DNA from: an uncultured bacterium | Lineage (GTDB): Bacteria > Chlamydiota > Chlamydiia > Chlamydiales > SM23-39 | NCBI GenBank assembly: GCA_964424735.1 | Contig: CAYRJU010000001.1 | Coordinates: 3,653-67,652, forward strand | Length of the DNA: 64,000 bases | Direction: 5' to 3' | Part shown: positions 25,085 to 35,260 of the stretch, piece by piece | How the letters are laid out: every line of letters begins with the position of its first letter | Position numbering within the stretch: position 1 is the stretch's first letter | Notes under the pieces: generated by a model | What the model was told of the DNA's origin: nothing | What the model saw: only the letters and a program-made list of their open reading frames with translations | Databases searched by the model: none | Position numbers and translations under genes: made by a program

Positions 25085-27580
25085 GTGATTTTGAACGACG
25101 AAGATCCTATTGTCCCAGAAGAATCCGTGGTTGAAGAGGATGAGATTTTAGAGAATCCGAAAAAGGAAAATTTGCTGATCCCTAGCCTTCCTTATCCGGA
25201 ACAGCTCTATATCATGCCGCTCAATCGCCGCCCCTTTTTCCCCGGGATGGCCGCTCCTATTGTGATTGAGCCGGGCGCCTATTATGAGGTGCTGAAGATC
25301 GTCTCTAAGACAGATCACAAATGTGTGGGTCTTGTCTTGACTCATCAAGAAGATGTCAATATCTATAAAATTGGATTTGACGATCTCTTTAAGGTGGGTG
25401 TCGTTGCACGGATTTTGCGCATTATCCCCATGGAGCAAGGAGGAGCGCAAGTCGTTTTAAATATGGAAAAACGGGTCAGAATCGAAAAACCCGTAAAATC
25501 CAAACATCTCATCGCGGAAGTGTCCTATCACGACGACACGCCGCTTGCCCATCTCTCTCGTCAGTTAAAAGCCTATTCCATCAGCATCATCACGACGATC
25601 AAAGAACTTCTCAAATTGAATCCGCTCTTTAAAGAAGAATTGCAGATTTTCCTAGGACACTCAGATTTCACAGAACCTGGAAGACTTGCCGACTTTGCAG
25701 TCGCTCTGACGACAGCCACCCGTGAAGAATTGCAAGATGTACTCGAGACATTCGACATCGAAAAGCGGATCGATAAAGCGCTGATGCTTTTGAAAAAAGA
25801 GCTCGATATCAGCAAGCTCCAGAGCACGATCAATCAGAGGATTGAGGCGACGATCTCAAAAACGCAGCGCGAATTTTTCCTGCGCGAGCAGCTCAAGGCG
25901 ATCAAGAAAGAGCTCGGCATGGAAAAAGATGACAAGACGCTGGAGGCAGAAAAGTTTGAAGAGAGGATCAAACAGCGTAAAATCCCAGAAGAGGCGCTCA
26001 AAACCATCCGAGAAGAGCTCGATAAGCTGGGCTCCCTCGATATGCAGTCGGCCGAGTATGGCGTTGTGCGCAATTATGTCGATTGGCTCACGATCGTTCC
26101 TTGGGGCATTTACAGTGAAGAAATGCATGACATCAAAAAGGCCGAAAAAGTGCTCGAAGACGACCACTATGGGCTCAAAGATATCAAGGAACGGATTTTA
26201 GAGTTCATCGGAGTAGGAAAACTCACGGGGGGAGTGAAGGGAAGCATCATCTGCTTGGTCGGACCTCCAGGAGTCGGTAAGACTTCGATTGGCAAGAGTG
26301 TGGCCCATGCGCTCAATCGGAAATTCTATCGATTTTCGGTAGGAGGAATGCGCGATGAAGCAGAGATCAAAGGCCACAGACGTACCTATATCGGTGCCAT
26401 GCCGGGAAAGATGATCCAAGCGATCAAATACTGCCAAACGATGAATCCCGTCATCATGCTCGACGAAGTGGATAAAATGGGGGCGAGTTATCACGGCGAT
26501 CCCGCTTCTGCTCTTTTGGAAGTGCTCGATCCAGAGCAAAATAAGGAGTTTTTAGACCACTATCTCGATGTTCGCTGTGATCTATCGAATGTTCTCTTCA
26601 TCATAACGGCAAACGTATTGGATACAATTCCAGAGCCTTTGAAAGACCGAATGGAAGTTTTGCGTCTTTCCGGCTACATTCAGGCAGAGAAAATCGAGAT
26701 CGCGAAAAAATATCTCATTCCCCGCAATAGAAAGAGCATGGGCCTCAAACCCAAAGATATCACCTTTACCACTGGAGTCATTGCCCAGATGATCGACGGC
26801 TATGCCAGAGAAGCAGGCGTGAGAACTCTCGAGAACAACATCAAAAAGATCATGCGCAAAGTGGCTCTTAAATTTGCCCGCGGCAAATCCTCGAAAGTGA
26901 AGATTTCTGAAAAGACGCTGAGCGAATATCTCGGAAAACCGATGTTCACGACCGATCGCTATTACAAAGTCAATCCCGTGGGAGTTACGACGGGGCTGGC
27001 TTGGACGGCTATGGGAGGTGCAACTCTTTATGTCGAAGCGGTCAGATATCCTGCAGAAAAGACCGAGATGAAGTTGACCGGCCAAGCGGGAGATGTGATG
27101 AAAGAGTCTGCCCAAATTGCTTGGACCTATGCCCAGAGCAACGTACGCAGATATGCGCACGAAATTCCCTTTTTCGAAAAATCTCAAATCCATCTCCATA
27201 TTCCCGAAGGAGCAACTCCCAAAGATGGGCCCTCTGCGGGGGTTACTATGACGACTTCGCTGCTCTCTCTTTTGCTAGATATGCCTGTGCGGAATAATTT
27301 GGGAATGACGGGAGAGCTCACCCTCACGGGCAGGGTCCTTCCCATCGGAGGTTTGAAAGAAAAACTCATCGCGGCGAGACGCTCTAAAGTCAAGGCGCTC
27401 ATTTTTCCCAAAGAAAATCAGCGCGACTATGATGAATTGCCAGAATATTTGAAAAAGGGGCTGGAAGTACATTTCGTAGAGCGCTATGACGAAGTATTTA
27501 AGATCGCATTCCCCAAATTGAAGGTATACCATGAAGCCCACGTGGCTCCAAAAAAAACTCGTCGAGCCCGAGCATCTTGA
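25085..27580 (+). CDS. lon: ATP-dependent Lon protease
   Basis: LON N-domain. Walker A GPPGVGKTS. Proteolytic Ser motif PKDGPSAG. 831 aa. Confidence 0.97.
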   Translation: MILNDEDPIVPEESVVEEDEILENPKKENLLIPSLPYPEQLYIMPLNRRPFFPGMAAPIVIEPGAYYEVLKIVSKTDHKCVGLVLTHQEDVNIYKIGFDDLFKVGVVARILRIIPMEQGGAQVVLNMEKRVRIEKPVKSKHLIAEVSYHDDTPLAHLSRQLKAYSISIITTIKELLKLNPLFKEELQIFLGHSDFTEPGRLADFAVALTTATREELQDVLETFDIEKRIDKALMLLKKELDISKLQSTINQRIEATISKTQREFFLREQLKAIKKELGMEKDDKTLEAEKFEERIKQRKIPEEALKTIREELDKLGSLDMQSAEYGVVRNYVDWLTIVPWGIYSEEMHDIKKAEKVLEDDHYGLKDIKERILEFIGVGKLTGGVKGSIICLVGPPGVGKTSIGKSVAHALNRKFYRFSVGGMRDEAEIKGHRRTYIGAMPGKMIQAIKYCQTMNPVIMLDEVDKMGASYHGDPASALLEVLDPEQNKEFLDHYLDVRCDLSNVLFIITANVLDTIPEPLKDRMEVLRLSGYIQAEKIEIAKKYLIPRNRKSMGLKPKDITFTTGVIAQMIDGYAREAGVRTLENNIKKIMRKVALKFARGKSSKVKISEKTLSEYLGKPMFTTDRYYKVNPVGVTTGLAWTAMGGATLYVEAVRYPAEKTEMKLTGQAGDVMKESAQIAWTYAQSNVRRYAHEIPFFEKSQIHLHIPEGATPKDGPSAGVTMTTSLLSLLLDMPVRNNLGMTGELTLTGRVLPIGGLKEKLIAARRSKVKALIFPKENQRDYDELPEYLKKGLEVHFVERYDEVFKIAFPKLKVYHEAHVAPKKTRRARAS

Positions 27581-28022
27581 GAAAAAAGTAGCTGATCTCC
27601 GATTGAAAGGACTCAGCATCGCAACCCTCAATGGCTCCTTTGATCTGATGCATGCAGGCCATCTCTTCATCATCCATGAGGCCTCTAAGCAAGCGGACCT
27701 GCTCATTGTGGCCCTCAATTCGGATGCTTCGATCCAAAAATACAAAAGTCCTGACCGGCCGATTGTTCCTCTGCAGTATCGACTCGAGATGATGGCGGCT
27801 TTAGAATTTGTCGATTACGTGACTTGGTTTGAGGAGGTAGATCCAAGGGCCCTTTTGGAAAAGATCAGACCCGATGTCCATGTGAATGGGGCTGAGTATG
27901 GAGCGAATTGTATCGAAGCAGAAACTATCAAAAACCAAGGAGGAAGGCTGCATCTCGTAAACCGGATCCCGAGTCTTGCTACCTCAACTCTCATTGAGAA
28001 AATTAAGCAATGCGTCAAATAG
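27531..28022 (+). CDS. Cytidylyl/adenylyltransferase family protein (RfaE domain II-like)
   Basis: NGSFDLMHAGH (GxFDxxHxGH nucleotidyltransferase motif). 163 aa. Confidence 0.8.
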   Translation: MKPTWLQKKLVEPEHLEKKVADLRLKGLSIATLNGSFDLMHAGHLFIIHEASKQADLLIVALNSDASIQKYKSPDRPIVPLQYRLEMMAALEFVDYVTWFEEVDPRALLEKIRPDVHVNGAEYGANCIEAETIKNQGGRLHLVNRIPSLATSTLIEKIKQCVK

Positions 28023-29011
28023 GAACCCTTTCTCATGAAAATGAGGCGAGACGATTTAGCAATTACTTGAACCAGGTGGGGATTGCTTCCAAATGTGAAG
28101 TTTTCTTTGATCCACAAAATGGACAGATGACTTACCAAATCTGGATCCAAGATGAGGATAAGATCGAAGAGGCGAGTCAGATTTTTGCTGTTTTCAAGCA
28201 AAATCCATCTGACCCCAAATTCGAGGCGCCAGAACCCGAACCAGAAGAACCCATCCAAATCGAAGAGACAGACAAGCCGCCCCCTCACGTCCATCATTTC
28301 AAAGCGCACCTCACCTATTTTTTAATCGCTCTTTGCGTCTTTGTGTATTTCCTTTCTGGATTGCAAGAGCTGCAGCTAGCTAAAGAATCTGATAAAATTG
28401 AGATTACACCCATTCAAGCCCTTTTCATGTACGATCTTCCCAACGATAGCCAAGGGATCTATGGCTGGGTTGTCGCCAAAATCAAGGGAGAGAATCCCGC
28501 TGCTGTTGAAGGGCCTCTCTTTACACAAATCGGTAAAGGGCAAATTTGGCGGCTCTTCACGCCATGTCTTCTCCACAAAGATCTCTTGCATATTCTCTTC
28601 AACATGCTTTGGCTCTGGTATCTCGGAAGACCGATCGAGCGGCGTATTGGTCCTTTTAGGACTCTTCTCTTGACTCTCATTGGAGGGATAGCAAGCAATA
28701 CGCTTCAGTATCTCATGAGCGGGCCCCTCTTCATTGGATATTCGGGCGTAATCACAGCGCTTGCGGGATTCATCTGGATGCGGGAGCGGATCGCTCCTTG
28801 GGAAGGCTACCCTCTCAATCGGGCTACAATTTTCTTTCTGCTCCTCTTTATTTTGGCCATTTTTGTCCTGCAACTCGTCTCTTTTTTCATCCAGATCTCT
28901 ACCTCCTATTCTTTTGCCCCCAACATCGCCAACACGGCTCACATAGGAGGGGCTGTAATAGGAGCTCTCTTAGCCCGTCTATCCTTTTTTGCGCAGAGGG
29001 TTAAGCCATGA
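28010..29011 (+). CDS. Rhomboid-family intramembrane serine protease
   Basis: [25 protein letters not shown] (GxSG) and [11 protein letters not shown] (catalytic His) within a multi-TM C-terminal half. Confidence 0.85.
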   Translation: MRQIGTLSHENEARRFSNYLNQVGIASKCEVFFDPQNGQMTYQIWIQDEDKIEEASQIFAVFKQNPSDPKFEAPEPEPEEPIQIEETDKPPPHVHHFKAHLTYFLIALCVFVYFLSGLQELQLAKESDKIEITPIQALFMYDLPNDSQGIYGWVVAKIKGENPAAVEGPLFTQIGKGQIWRLFTPCLLHKDLLHILFNMLWLWYLGRPIERRIGPFRTLLLTLIGGIASNTLQYLMSGPLFIGYSGVITALAGFIWMRERIAPWEGYPLNRATIFFLLLFILAIFVLQLVSFFIQISTSYSFAPNIANTAHIGGAVIGALLARLSFFAQRVKP

Positions 29012-29913
29012 GCATTCGCGATCTCGTCATTCTCGGCTGTTCGAGCCAGCAGCCCACTCGGTTCCGCAATCACGGCGCCTATCTCGTTCGCTGGAATGAC
29101 GAAGGGCTTCTCTTTGATCCAGGAGAGGGAACGCAAAGACAGTTTATCTTTGCCGACGTGGCGCCCCCCACTGTCACCCGTATTTTCATCAGCCATTTTC
29201 ATGGCGATCACTGTCTGGGACTCGGTTCGATGCTGATGCGACTCAATCTCGATAAGGTGACCCACCCTATCCACTGCTACTATCCGGCGAGCGGGCAGAG
29301 ATATTTCGATCGTCTACGCTACTGTTGCATCTACAAGGAAAACATCAACGTCGTCGAGCATCCTGTCAAAAAAGCGGGGCTTGTGGCAGATGATGGCAAA
29401 TTTCGCATTGAAGCGGCCTTTCTCGATCATGGAGTCGAAAATATTGGGTGGCGCATTACAGAGCCCGATACGGTCAAATTCCACAAAGAAGAGCTCAAAA
29501 AATTGGGGCTGGATGGACCCATCATCCGGAAACTCGAAGAAGAGGGAAAAATCTCTTGGAATGATCGTTGGGTTCATATCGATGAGGTCAGCCACGTCCG
29601 TCCGGGCGATGTCTTTGCCTATGTGGTTGATACGAGGCCCTGCAAAGAGGCCGTGCAACTGGCCCAAGGCGCTAAAATGTTTCTCTGCGAGAGCACCTAT
29701 CTCGATGAGGATCGAGCCATGGCCGAAGAATACCGGCATATGACGGCCAAACAGGCGGCTCTCATCGCCAAAGAGGCTGGCGTCAAAACGCTCATCCTCA
29801 CCCATTTTTCAGCCCGCTATCGCGACACCGAAGTGTTGGGGGATGAGGCGAGGACCCTCTTCCCAAACACGCTCGTTGCCGAAGATTTGAGAAAATTCCC
29901 CTTCCCGAAGTGA
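29008..29913 (+). CDS. rnz: Ribonuclease Z (metallo-beta-lactamase fold)
   Basis: [10 protein letters not shown] (HxHxDH) and C-terminal LTHFSARY. Confidence 0.9.
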   Translation: MSIRDLVILGCSSQQPTRFRNHGAYLVRWNDEGLLFDPGEGTQRQFIFADVAPPTVTRIFISHFHGDHCLGLGSMLMRLNLDKVTHPIHCYYPASGQRYFDRLRYCCIYKENINVVEHPVKKAGLVADDGKFRIEAAFLDHGVENIGWRITEPDTVKFHKEELKKLGLDGPIIRKLEEEGKISWNDRWVHIDEVSHVRPGDVFAYVVDTRPCKEAVQLAQGAKMFLCESTYLDEDRAMAEEYRHMTAKQAALIAKEAGVKTLILTHFSARYRDTEVLGDEARTLFPNTLVAEDLRKFPFPK

Positions 29914-29928
29914 ATTTATTCTATCGTA

Positions 29929-30251
29929 ACCCAAGTTGCCACCCAGAAAGTATGAAATAAAAGTTTTCTTCTACTTACAATAGGTGAAAAATATCAGCGC
30001 AGAGAAAAATAGAATAGGGTCGAGAGCCACGGAGAGAAAATATAGATAGAGGTTTGACGGGACCCTGCCCTGAGTAAGAGAGTTTCTTCAGGCCCCTCTC
30101 TTACTCAGGGCAGGGTCCCGTCAAACCTCTAATTTTTTAATTTTTTTCTCTGCGGCTCTCGACCCTATTCTATTTTTCTCTGCGCTGATATTTTTCACAT
30201 CCTGTTACTAAAAAGGGTCTTTATTTCGTATTCGGGGGTGGCAACTTGGGT
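29929..30251. repeat. 323-bp imperfect palindrome (arms about 150 bp)
   Basis: acccaagttgccaccc at 29929 pairs with gggtggcaacttgggt ending at 30251. The inner arms are identical for 45 nt and about 38 nt around a variable patch. The centre is near 30085. Confidence 0.9.
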
Positions 30252-30265
30252 GACATGTTCATGGG

Positions 30266-31459
30266 TTATTCCATGATTCGGGCTGCGTGTTTGTAATTGA
30301 GTAATTCGATGCCGTGAATTTGCTGTTCTTGGTCTCCCGTGTAAATGAGGTAGCCTTTTGGTACTCGCTCTTTTCCCACAATTTCCTGAAAAAGTCGGAT
30401 CTGGTTTAAGAACTCGGGGGTGTATGTTTTCGCAGATTTGATTTCTATGGGAATCAGATGATTCCCCGTTTTGAAAAGGAGGTCGATCTCATTTTTCTGT
30501 ACATCTCGATAATAATAGAGCTGAGGATCAAGCCCCCGATTGAGGCGCTGTTTCAAGAGTTCTAAAAAGACCAAATTTTCTACCAGATGCCCCCTTAGAG
30601 GATCTCGATCGATTTGAGTGGCATTTTCTATGCCTAGAAGATAGGTTGCAAAGCCGACGTCTAGAAAATAGAGTTTTGGGGATTTGATGATTCTTTTCCC
30701 AAAATTCTCAAAATAGGGCTGAAGCCGAAAGAGGATGAAGGAGGCTTCTAAAATGGAGATCCATTCCTTGACCGTATGAGAAGAGATCCCCACCTCATTC
30801 CCAATATGGGTCAGGTCTAATTCTCTTCCGACCCTGCCAGCACAGATTCGAACAAAGCGCTCAAATTGGGTAAGATCTTTGACTTGGATCAGTTGTCTCA
30901 AATCCCTTTCGACGTAGGTTTGAAAGTAATTACGGTACGCTTTCGTCGGATCGAGATGGTCTTTATAAATTCTTGGGTATCCTCCTCTTAATAAGAGTTC
31001 ATTGAGAGGAAGATCCATTCCTTCTTGACCTAACTCGTGGATGCTTAAGGGGAGTAAAGTGAGTAGGGCGGTTCTGCCGGCAAGAGATTGGCTGATGGCT
31101 TGATGTAGTTCTAATTGATGGCTGCCGGTGAGGAGAAATAGGCCATGACCTCCTTTTCGGTCTACGATTTCTTGGATATAGGAGAGTAAAGAAGGAACTC
31201 GTTGGATTTCATCGAGAATAGCGCCCTTTGGGTATCGATCTAAAAAGCTCCTCGGGTCCGATTCGGCAAGCTCCCTGACATCCAAGGCCTCCAAATTGGC
31301 ATAGGGCATCTCGGGAAAGGCGTGCTGGACAAGAGTTGTCTTGCCCGATTGGCGTGGGCCAATCACAGTCACCACGGGGTACTGTTTCATAAGTGATTTA
31401 AGCTCAGGCTCTATGGTTCTTTTATACATGGTTTTGACCAAACTGAAGTTCAACTTCAT
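30266..31459 (-). CDS. AAA+ ATPase with DUF4143-type C-terminal domain
   Basis: Walker A GPRQSGKTTL, Walker B-like FLLTGS, and the typical 390-400 aa architecture of the ATP-binding DUF4143 family. Confidence 0.85.
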   Translation of the reverse strand: MKLNFSLVKTMYKRTIEPELKSLMKQYPVVTVIGPRQSGKTTLVQHAFPEMPYANLEALDVRELAESDPRSFLDRYPKGAILDEIQRVPSLLSYIQEIVDRKGGHGLFLLTGSHQLELHQAISQSLAGRTALLTLLPLSIHELGQEGMDLPLNELLLRGGYPRIYKDHLDPTKAYRNYFQTYVERDLRQLIQVKDLTQFERFVRICAGRVGRELDLTHIGNEVGISSHTVKEWISILEASFILFRLQPYFENFGKRIIKSPKLYFLDVGFATYLLGIENATQIDRDPLRGHLVENLVFLELLKQRLNRGLDPQLYYYRDVQKNEIDLLFKTGNHLIPIEIKSAKTYTPEFLNQIRLFQEIVGKERVPKGYLIYTGDQEQQIHGIELLNYKHAARIME

Positions 31460-31510
31460 TTTGTCCTGGATCGGGAAAAAAGTAAAGGGGGCACCTGTTT
31501 GGGACTCGGG

Positions 31511-31692
31511 TTATTAACCGGGGTGGTAAAAAGATGACAATCTGCTTGCTGCGACAATGCCGAATCAATCTTCCTCGTCACCCTTGCCTTTTGGTAATGG
31601 TGCTCCTCGTTCAGACCGGGGGCTTTGCCCCCTTCGATTTGGCAGTGCCTCGCTGGCGCATATTGTCACCTTTTTACCACCCCGGTTAATAA
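31511..31692. repeat. 182-bp element with 31-bp terminal inverted repeats (1 mismatch)
   Basis: ttattaaccggggtggtaaaaagatgacaat versus attgtcacctttttaccaccccggttaataa. The approximately 120-bp core is only partly self-complementary. Confidence 0.85.
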
Positions 31693-31735
31693 TAATTTAA
31701 TTTTCACGGATGTTGAGAGACTGTATATTGATCCC

Positions 31736-32971
31736 ATGCGAAAAACCCTTTACGGATTTCTCTTTCTCCTCGTCTGTCTTTCTGTTCCGATCGTTTACAA
31801 AGCCAGTCCCATCGTTCGGGATAAAGAGTGCTATCGCTCCTTTTTCCCGAAAGAGCAGTTTTTGGCCAAACTGACGGCTCCGGCTCCGCTTTGGATGCAA
31901 GAGCAGATTCTGGCCGACTTAGCGCCGTTTGCAAATATTTCCTCTGACGCTCTTGAGAGTACGTTCAAAAATGGAAAACTCCTCTTCGATCGCTACCGGA
32001 TTGTGGACAACAAACTCTACAAACATGTCTCAAAACCACTCTCTTCAAGGGATAATGCTTTTGAAAAAGCGCTCAAGACTCTTCTTCTCTTTGCCAAAAT
32101 CCCCAATGTCGATTTCATCTACTGTCCGATGGATGGGATCCCCGAACCTTATCTACCCAAAGATTTTTACTTTGCCAGTCCCCAAGCGCCCATTTTTGCC
32201 AAGGCAAAACTCCTCTCGGCTCCCTACATTCTTCTCATTCCCGACCAGTTTTCTCTTGGGCAAGAGTGGTTTGAAGTTTCGGAGGAAATTTTGGCTCTGA
32301 ATGAAGAGATTGTCTGGGAGGACAAAGAGGAGAGAGCGATGTGGCGAGGAGGATTTACCGATAGAGGAGTGCCAAATGGAGTGTTTGTTCCCCATTTTCG
32401 AAAAACTCCGCGCTATAAAATCTCCAAACTTTCCCCAGAATGGGTCGATGCAGGGTTGCAATGGTCTGAGAATGCAGACACCGATCAGCTCCTCAAAGAA
32501 GAGGGGGTGATGAAGGCGGGTGCGTCTAAAAAAGAGCATCTCCGGTTCAAATATTTGCCCGTTTTGGATGGGCACATGTGTACCTATCCGGGCTATCAAT
32601 GGAGGCTACTCTCCAACTCGGTCTCTTTTAAACAAGAATCGGATCAAATCCAGTGGTTTTACTCGGCGCTCAAACCCTATGTGCATTTCATCCCCATCAA
32701 AAATGACTTGGGAGATCTCATTGAAAAGATCGAATGGGCCAAAACCCACGATGAGGAGGTGCAAAAAATCGTCTGCAATGCCCAGGAATTTGCTAAAAAC
32801 CACCTACTTCCAGAAGATGCCTATTTATATCTGTATCTGGCTCTCAAAGAGTATGCAAAACGGCAAGAGATCGATTGGGAAATGGATGATTCTTGGATCT
32901 GCATTCAGTACCGAAAACGGTTAGATTTACTCAAATCTTTGAAGAAAAACGGATCTTGGCTGCAGCGATAG
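31736..32971 (+). CDS. CAP10/GT90-like (protein O-glucosyltransferase-like) domain protein with signal anchor
   Basis: Start at MRKTLYGFLFLLVCLSV. C-terminal block KYLPVLDGHMCTYPGYQWRLLSNSVSFKQES...YVHFIPIKNDLGDLIEKIEWAKTHDEE resembles the CAP10/KDELC family. Confidence 0.7.
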   Translation: MRKTLYGFLFLLVCLSVPIVYKASPIVRDKECYRSFFPKEQFLAKLTAPAPLWMQEQILADLAPFANISSDALESTFKNGKLLFDRYRIVDNKLYKHVSKPLSSRDNAFEKALKTLLLFAKIPNVDFIYCPMDGIPEPYLPKDFYFASPQAPIFAKAKLLSAPYILLIPDQFSLGQEWFEVSEEILALNEEIVWEDKEERAMWRGGFTDRGVPNGVFVPHFRKTPRYKISKLSPEWVDAGLQWSENADTDQLLKEEGVMKAGASKKEHLRFKYLPVLDGHMCTYPGYQWRLLSNSVSFKQESDQIQWFYSALKPYVHFIPIKNDLGDLIEKIEWAKTHDEEVQKIVCNAQEFAKNHLLPEDAYLYLYLALKEYAKRQEIDWEMDDSWICIQYRKRLDLLKSLKKNGSWLQR

Positions 32972-33647
32972 CAAAAGCGCAGGCAATGTTGATTGAATTT
33001 TTCATGCCGAAAAGCGGGATTTCAAGGAGGACATCTGCTTCTTTTAAGGCCTCATCTGAAATGCCATATTCCTCATTGCCTAAAATCAGTGTGAAGATTT
33101 TAGGGAATGAAAACTCAGCTACGGGAAGCGCTGCATCGCTCGTGTCGAGAGCAATGATGGGGCGCGGCAAATCTCTTAAAAGGACATTCTGAAAACAGGG
33201 GACAATTTGGGCTGCTCCCATTGCCGTTCTCTCTACTTTTTCATTGTCGATGAAGGGAGTTTTTTCAGAAAAATAGACTTTTCCAATGCGCAGCGCTTCG
33301 ACGGTGCGGAGGATGCTTCCTACATTGTAGGCAGAACGGACATGATCGAGATAGATCGCGACATCGGGAAAGTCGAGTGTAGCCGCCCGATCTCCCGTTC
33401 TCAAGGAGGGAAGGAGGTTGTGCTCCTTGAGCGAAAGGCCCGCCATCTGCAAATGCCAGTGGTAGCGATCGGCTAATTTTTTATGGTTTGTGTGCTCGTA
33501 AGGGTTGCATTTGAGCCATGTGAGCAGGGCATTGTATTCGGTAAAATCTTCAAGCTTCTCTTCGTAATGGCGTCTCAAGAGTTCTGCACATTTTTTGTGT
33601 CTTTGCTTGAGAGGCAGTTTCAGGAATTTTTTCTTCGTGAAGCTCAT
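32931..33647 (-). CDS. SpoU/TrmH-family RNA 2'-O-methyltransferase
   Basis: Motifs NVGSILRTVEAL, LILGNEEYGIS and LEIPLFGMKNSINIACAFAIA. Confidence 0.85.
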   Translation of the reverse strand: MSFTKKKFLKLPLKQRHKKCAELLRRHYEEKLEDFTEYNALLTWLKCNPYEHTNHKKLADRYHWHLQMAGLSLKEHNLLPSLRTGDRAATLDFPDVAIYLDHVRSAYNVGSILRTVEALRIGKVYFSEKTPFIDNEKVERTAMGAAQIVPCFQNVLLRDLPRPIIALDTSDAALPVAEFSFPKIFTLILGNEEYGISDEALKEADVLLEIPLFGMKNSINIACAFAIAAAKIRFSSKI

Positions 33648-35236
33648 TTGGCAAGAGTTTTCCGCTTTTCCAAATACTCGTCTAGGGGTCCGGCATGGAC
33701 GTGGATTCCATCCTCTTCAAGGGCGATGATTTTCGTGGCAAAACCGTTGATGAGCTCTCGGTCGTGTGTGGCGACAATCGCCGCTCCTTTAAAATCTTCG
33801 AGACCCCAAGCAAGAGCTGAAACCGCTTCTAGATCAAGGTGGTTATTGGGCTCGTCGAAGATGAGTGTATTGGGGCCTGTGAGGATAAAGCTACCCAAGA
33901 TGAGACGGGCCGCTTCGCCGCCAGAAAGATTGGGAAGGGCTTTAAAAGCTTCATCCCCGCCAAAGAGCATTTTGCCGAGCACACCTCGTACGTCTTGATC
34001 AAAGACGATCGCTTTTTTGGCTTTCAGCCAATCAAACGCTGTTTCCTTGCTGTGTTTATTGAGCACTTCTCCGTGGTTTTGGGGGAAGTATCCGAGATCG
34101 ATTCCGTGTCCGAGTGTCAGCTTCCCTTTCGCGGGTGCCAATTTTCCAGCTAAGAGTTTGAGAAGGGTTGTTTTTCCCCGTCCGTTGTTTCCGATCACGG
34201 CAATTTTATCGCCTCGCTGAATCTCACAGGAAAACCCATGGATCACCAATTCTTCTCCGTAACCTGCCGAGAGGTTTTCTGCTTTCAAGACAATTTGACC
34301 CGATTGTTTTTCTGGAACGGGAAAACGGATATAGGGTCTTTGAATGTTGGATTTTTTGAGCTCGAGAGGCTGCAGACGGTTGATTTCTCGAACGCGCGAT
34401 TGCACCTGGCTTGCGCGCGTTCCAGCGCCGAATTTGGCGACAAATTCTTTCAGTTGAGAGATCTTTTTCTCCTTGGCTTTATTTTCGTCCTCCGCTCTTG
34501 AGCGCACAGCCATTTTTGTCACGAGCATCGCGTCGTAATTTCCTGGGTAAGTGATGATCGTTTCGTAGTCGATATCGGCAATGTGCGTGCAGATGGAGTT
34601 CAAAAAATGGCGGTCGTGGCTGACGACGACGAGAGTCCCTTTGTAATTGTGGAGAAAACTCTCTAGCCATGAGATCGATTCGAGATCGAGGTGGTTTGTC
34701 GGCTCATCGAGAAGAAGAGCCGCCGGATGGCCAAAAAGGGCTTGGCAAAGAAGGACGCGGAACTGCCGATCGGTCGGGATTTCGTGCATTTTCTTCCGAT
34801 GAAATTCTTCGGGAAGACCCATTCCGATGAGGAGCACTTCTGCTTCCGACTCTGCAGTGTATCCATCCTCTTCGGCAATGACCTCCTCCAATTCTCCGAG
34901 TCGCATGCCGATCGCGTCGGTCATCTCCTCTTCGTAGAGCTTATCTCTTTCTGACATCGCGTTCCAAAGCCGGTTGTTGCCCATGATGACCGTGTCGATG
35001 ACTGTAAATTCACGGAAATCTTCGATCCGCTGCTTCAAAAAGCCCACTTTTTTCGGCAAAGTCACAATCCCAGAAGTCGCGGGTTCAACCCCCATGACGA
35101 TTTTGAGGAGGGTCGATTTTCCAGAACCGTTGGGTCCGGTGAGGCCGTAGCGACAGCCCTCATTGAAGGTAAAGGAGACATCCTCAAAGAGCGTCCTTGT
35201 TCCCACCCGTTTTGAAATTTTTTCTAAGGTAATCAT
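33644..35236 (-). CDS. ABC-F family ATPase (two ABC domains, no TM domain)
   Basis: Walker A GPNGSGKSTL and GNNGRGKTTL. LSGGE signature. Walker B LLLDEPTNHLD and LIFDEPNNHLD. The start was chosen at MITLEKISK; the track gives 35305. Confidence 0.9.
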   Translation of the reverse strand: MITLEKISKRVGTRTLFEDVSFTFNEGCRYGLTGPNGSGKSTLLKIVMGVEPATSGIVTLPKKVGFLKQRIEDFREFTVIDTVIMGNNRLWNAMSERDKLYEEEMTDAIGMRLGELEEVIAEEDGYTAESEAEVLLIGMGLPEEFHRKKMHEIPTDRQFRVLLCQALFGHPAALLLDEPTNHLDLESISWLESFLHNYKGTLVVVSHDRHFLNSICTHIADIDYETIITYPGNYDAMLVTKMAVRSRAEDENKAKEKKISQLKEFVAKFGAGTRASQVQSRVREINRLQPLELKKSNIQRPYIRFPVPEKQSGQIVLKAENLSAGYGEELVIHGFSCEIQRGDKIAVIGNNGRGKTTLLKLLAGKLAPAKGKLTLGHGIDLGYFPQNHGEVLNKHSKETAFDWLKAKKAIVFDQDVRGVLGKMLFGGDEAFKALPNLSGGEAARLILGSFILTGPNTLIFDEPNNHLDLEAVSALAWGLEDFKGAAIVATHDRELINGFATKIIALEEDGIHVHAGPLDEYLEKRKTLAK

Positions 35237-35260
35237 AAGGAGAAATGATACCATAGAGTT

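Noticed and set aside
31625-31735. Longer start (31625) for the GT90-like gene
   Set aside because: The extra 37 codons would be translated from the right arm of the 182-bp TIR element. The Met at 31736 immediately precedes a signal anchor.
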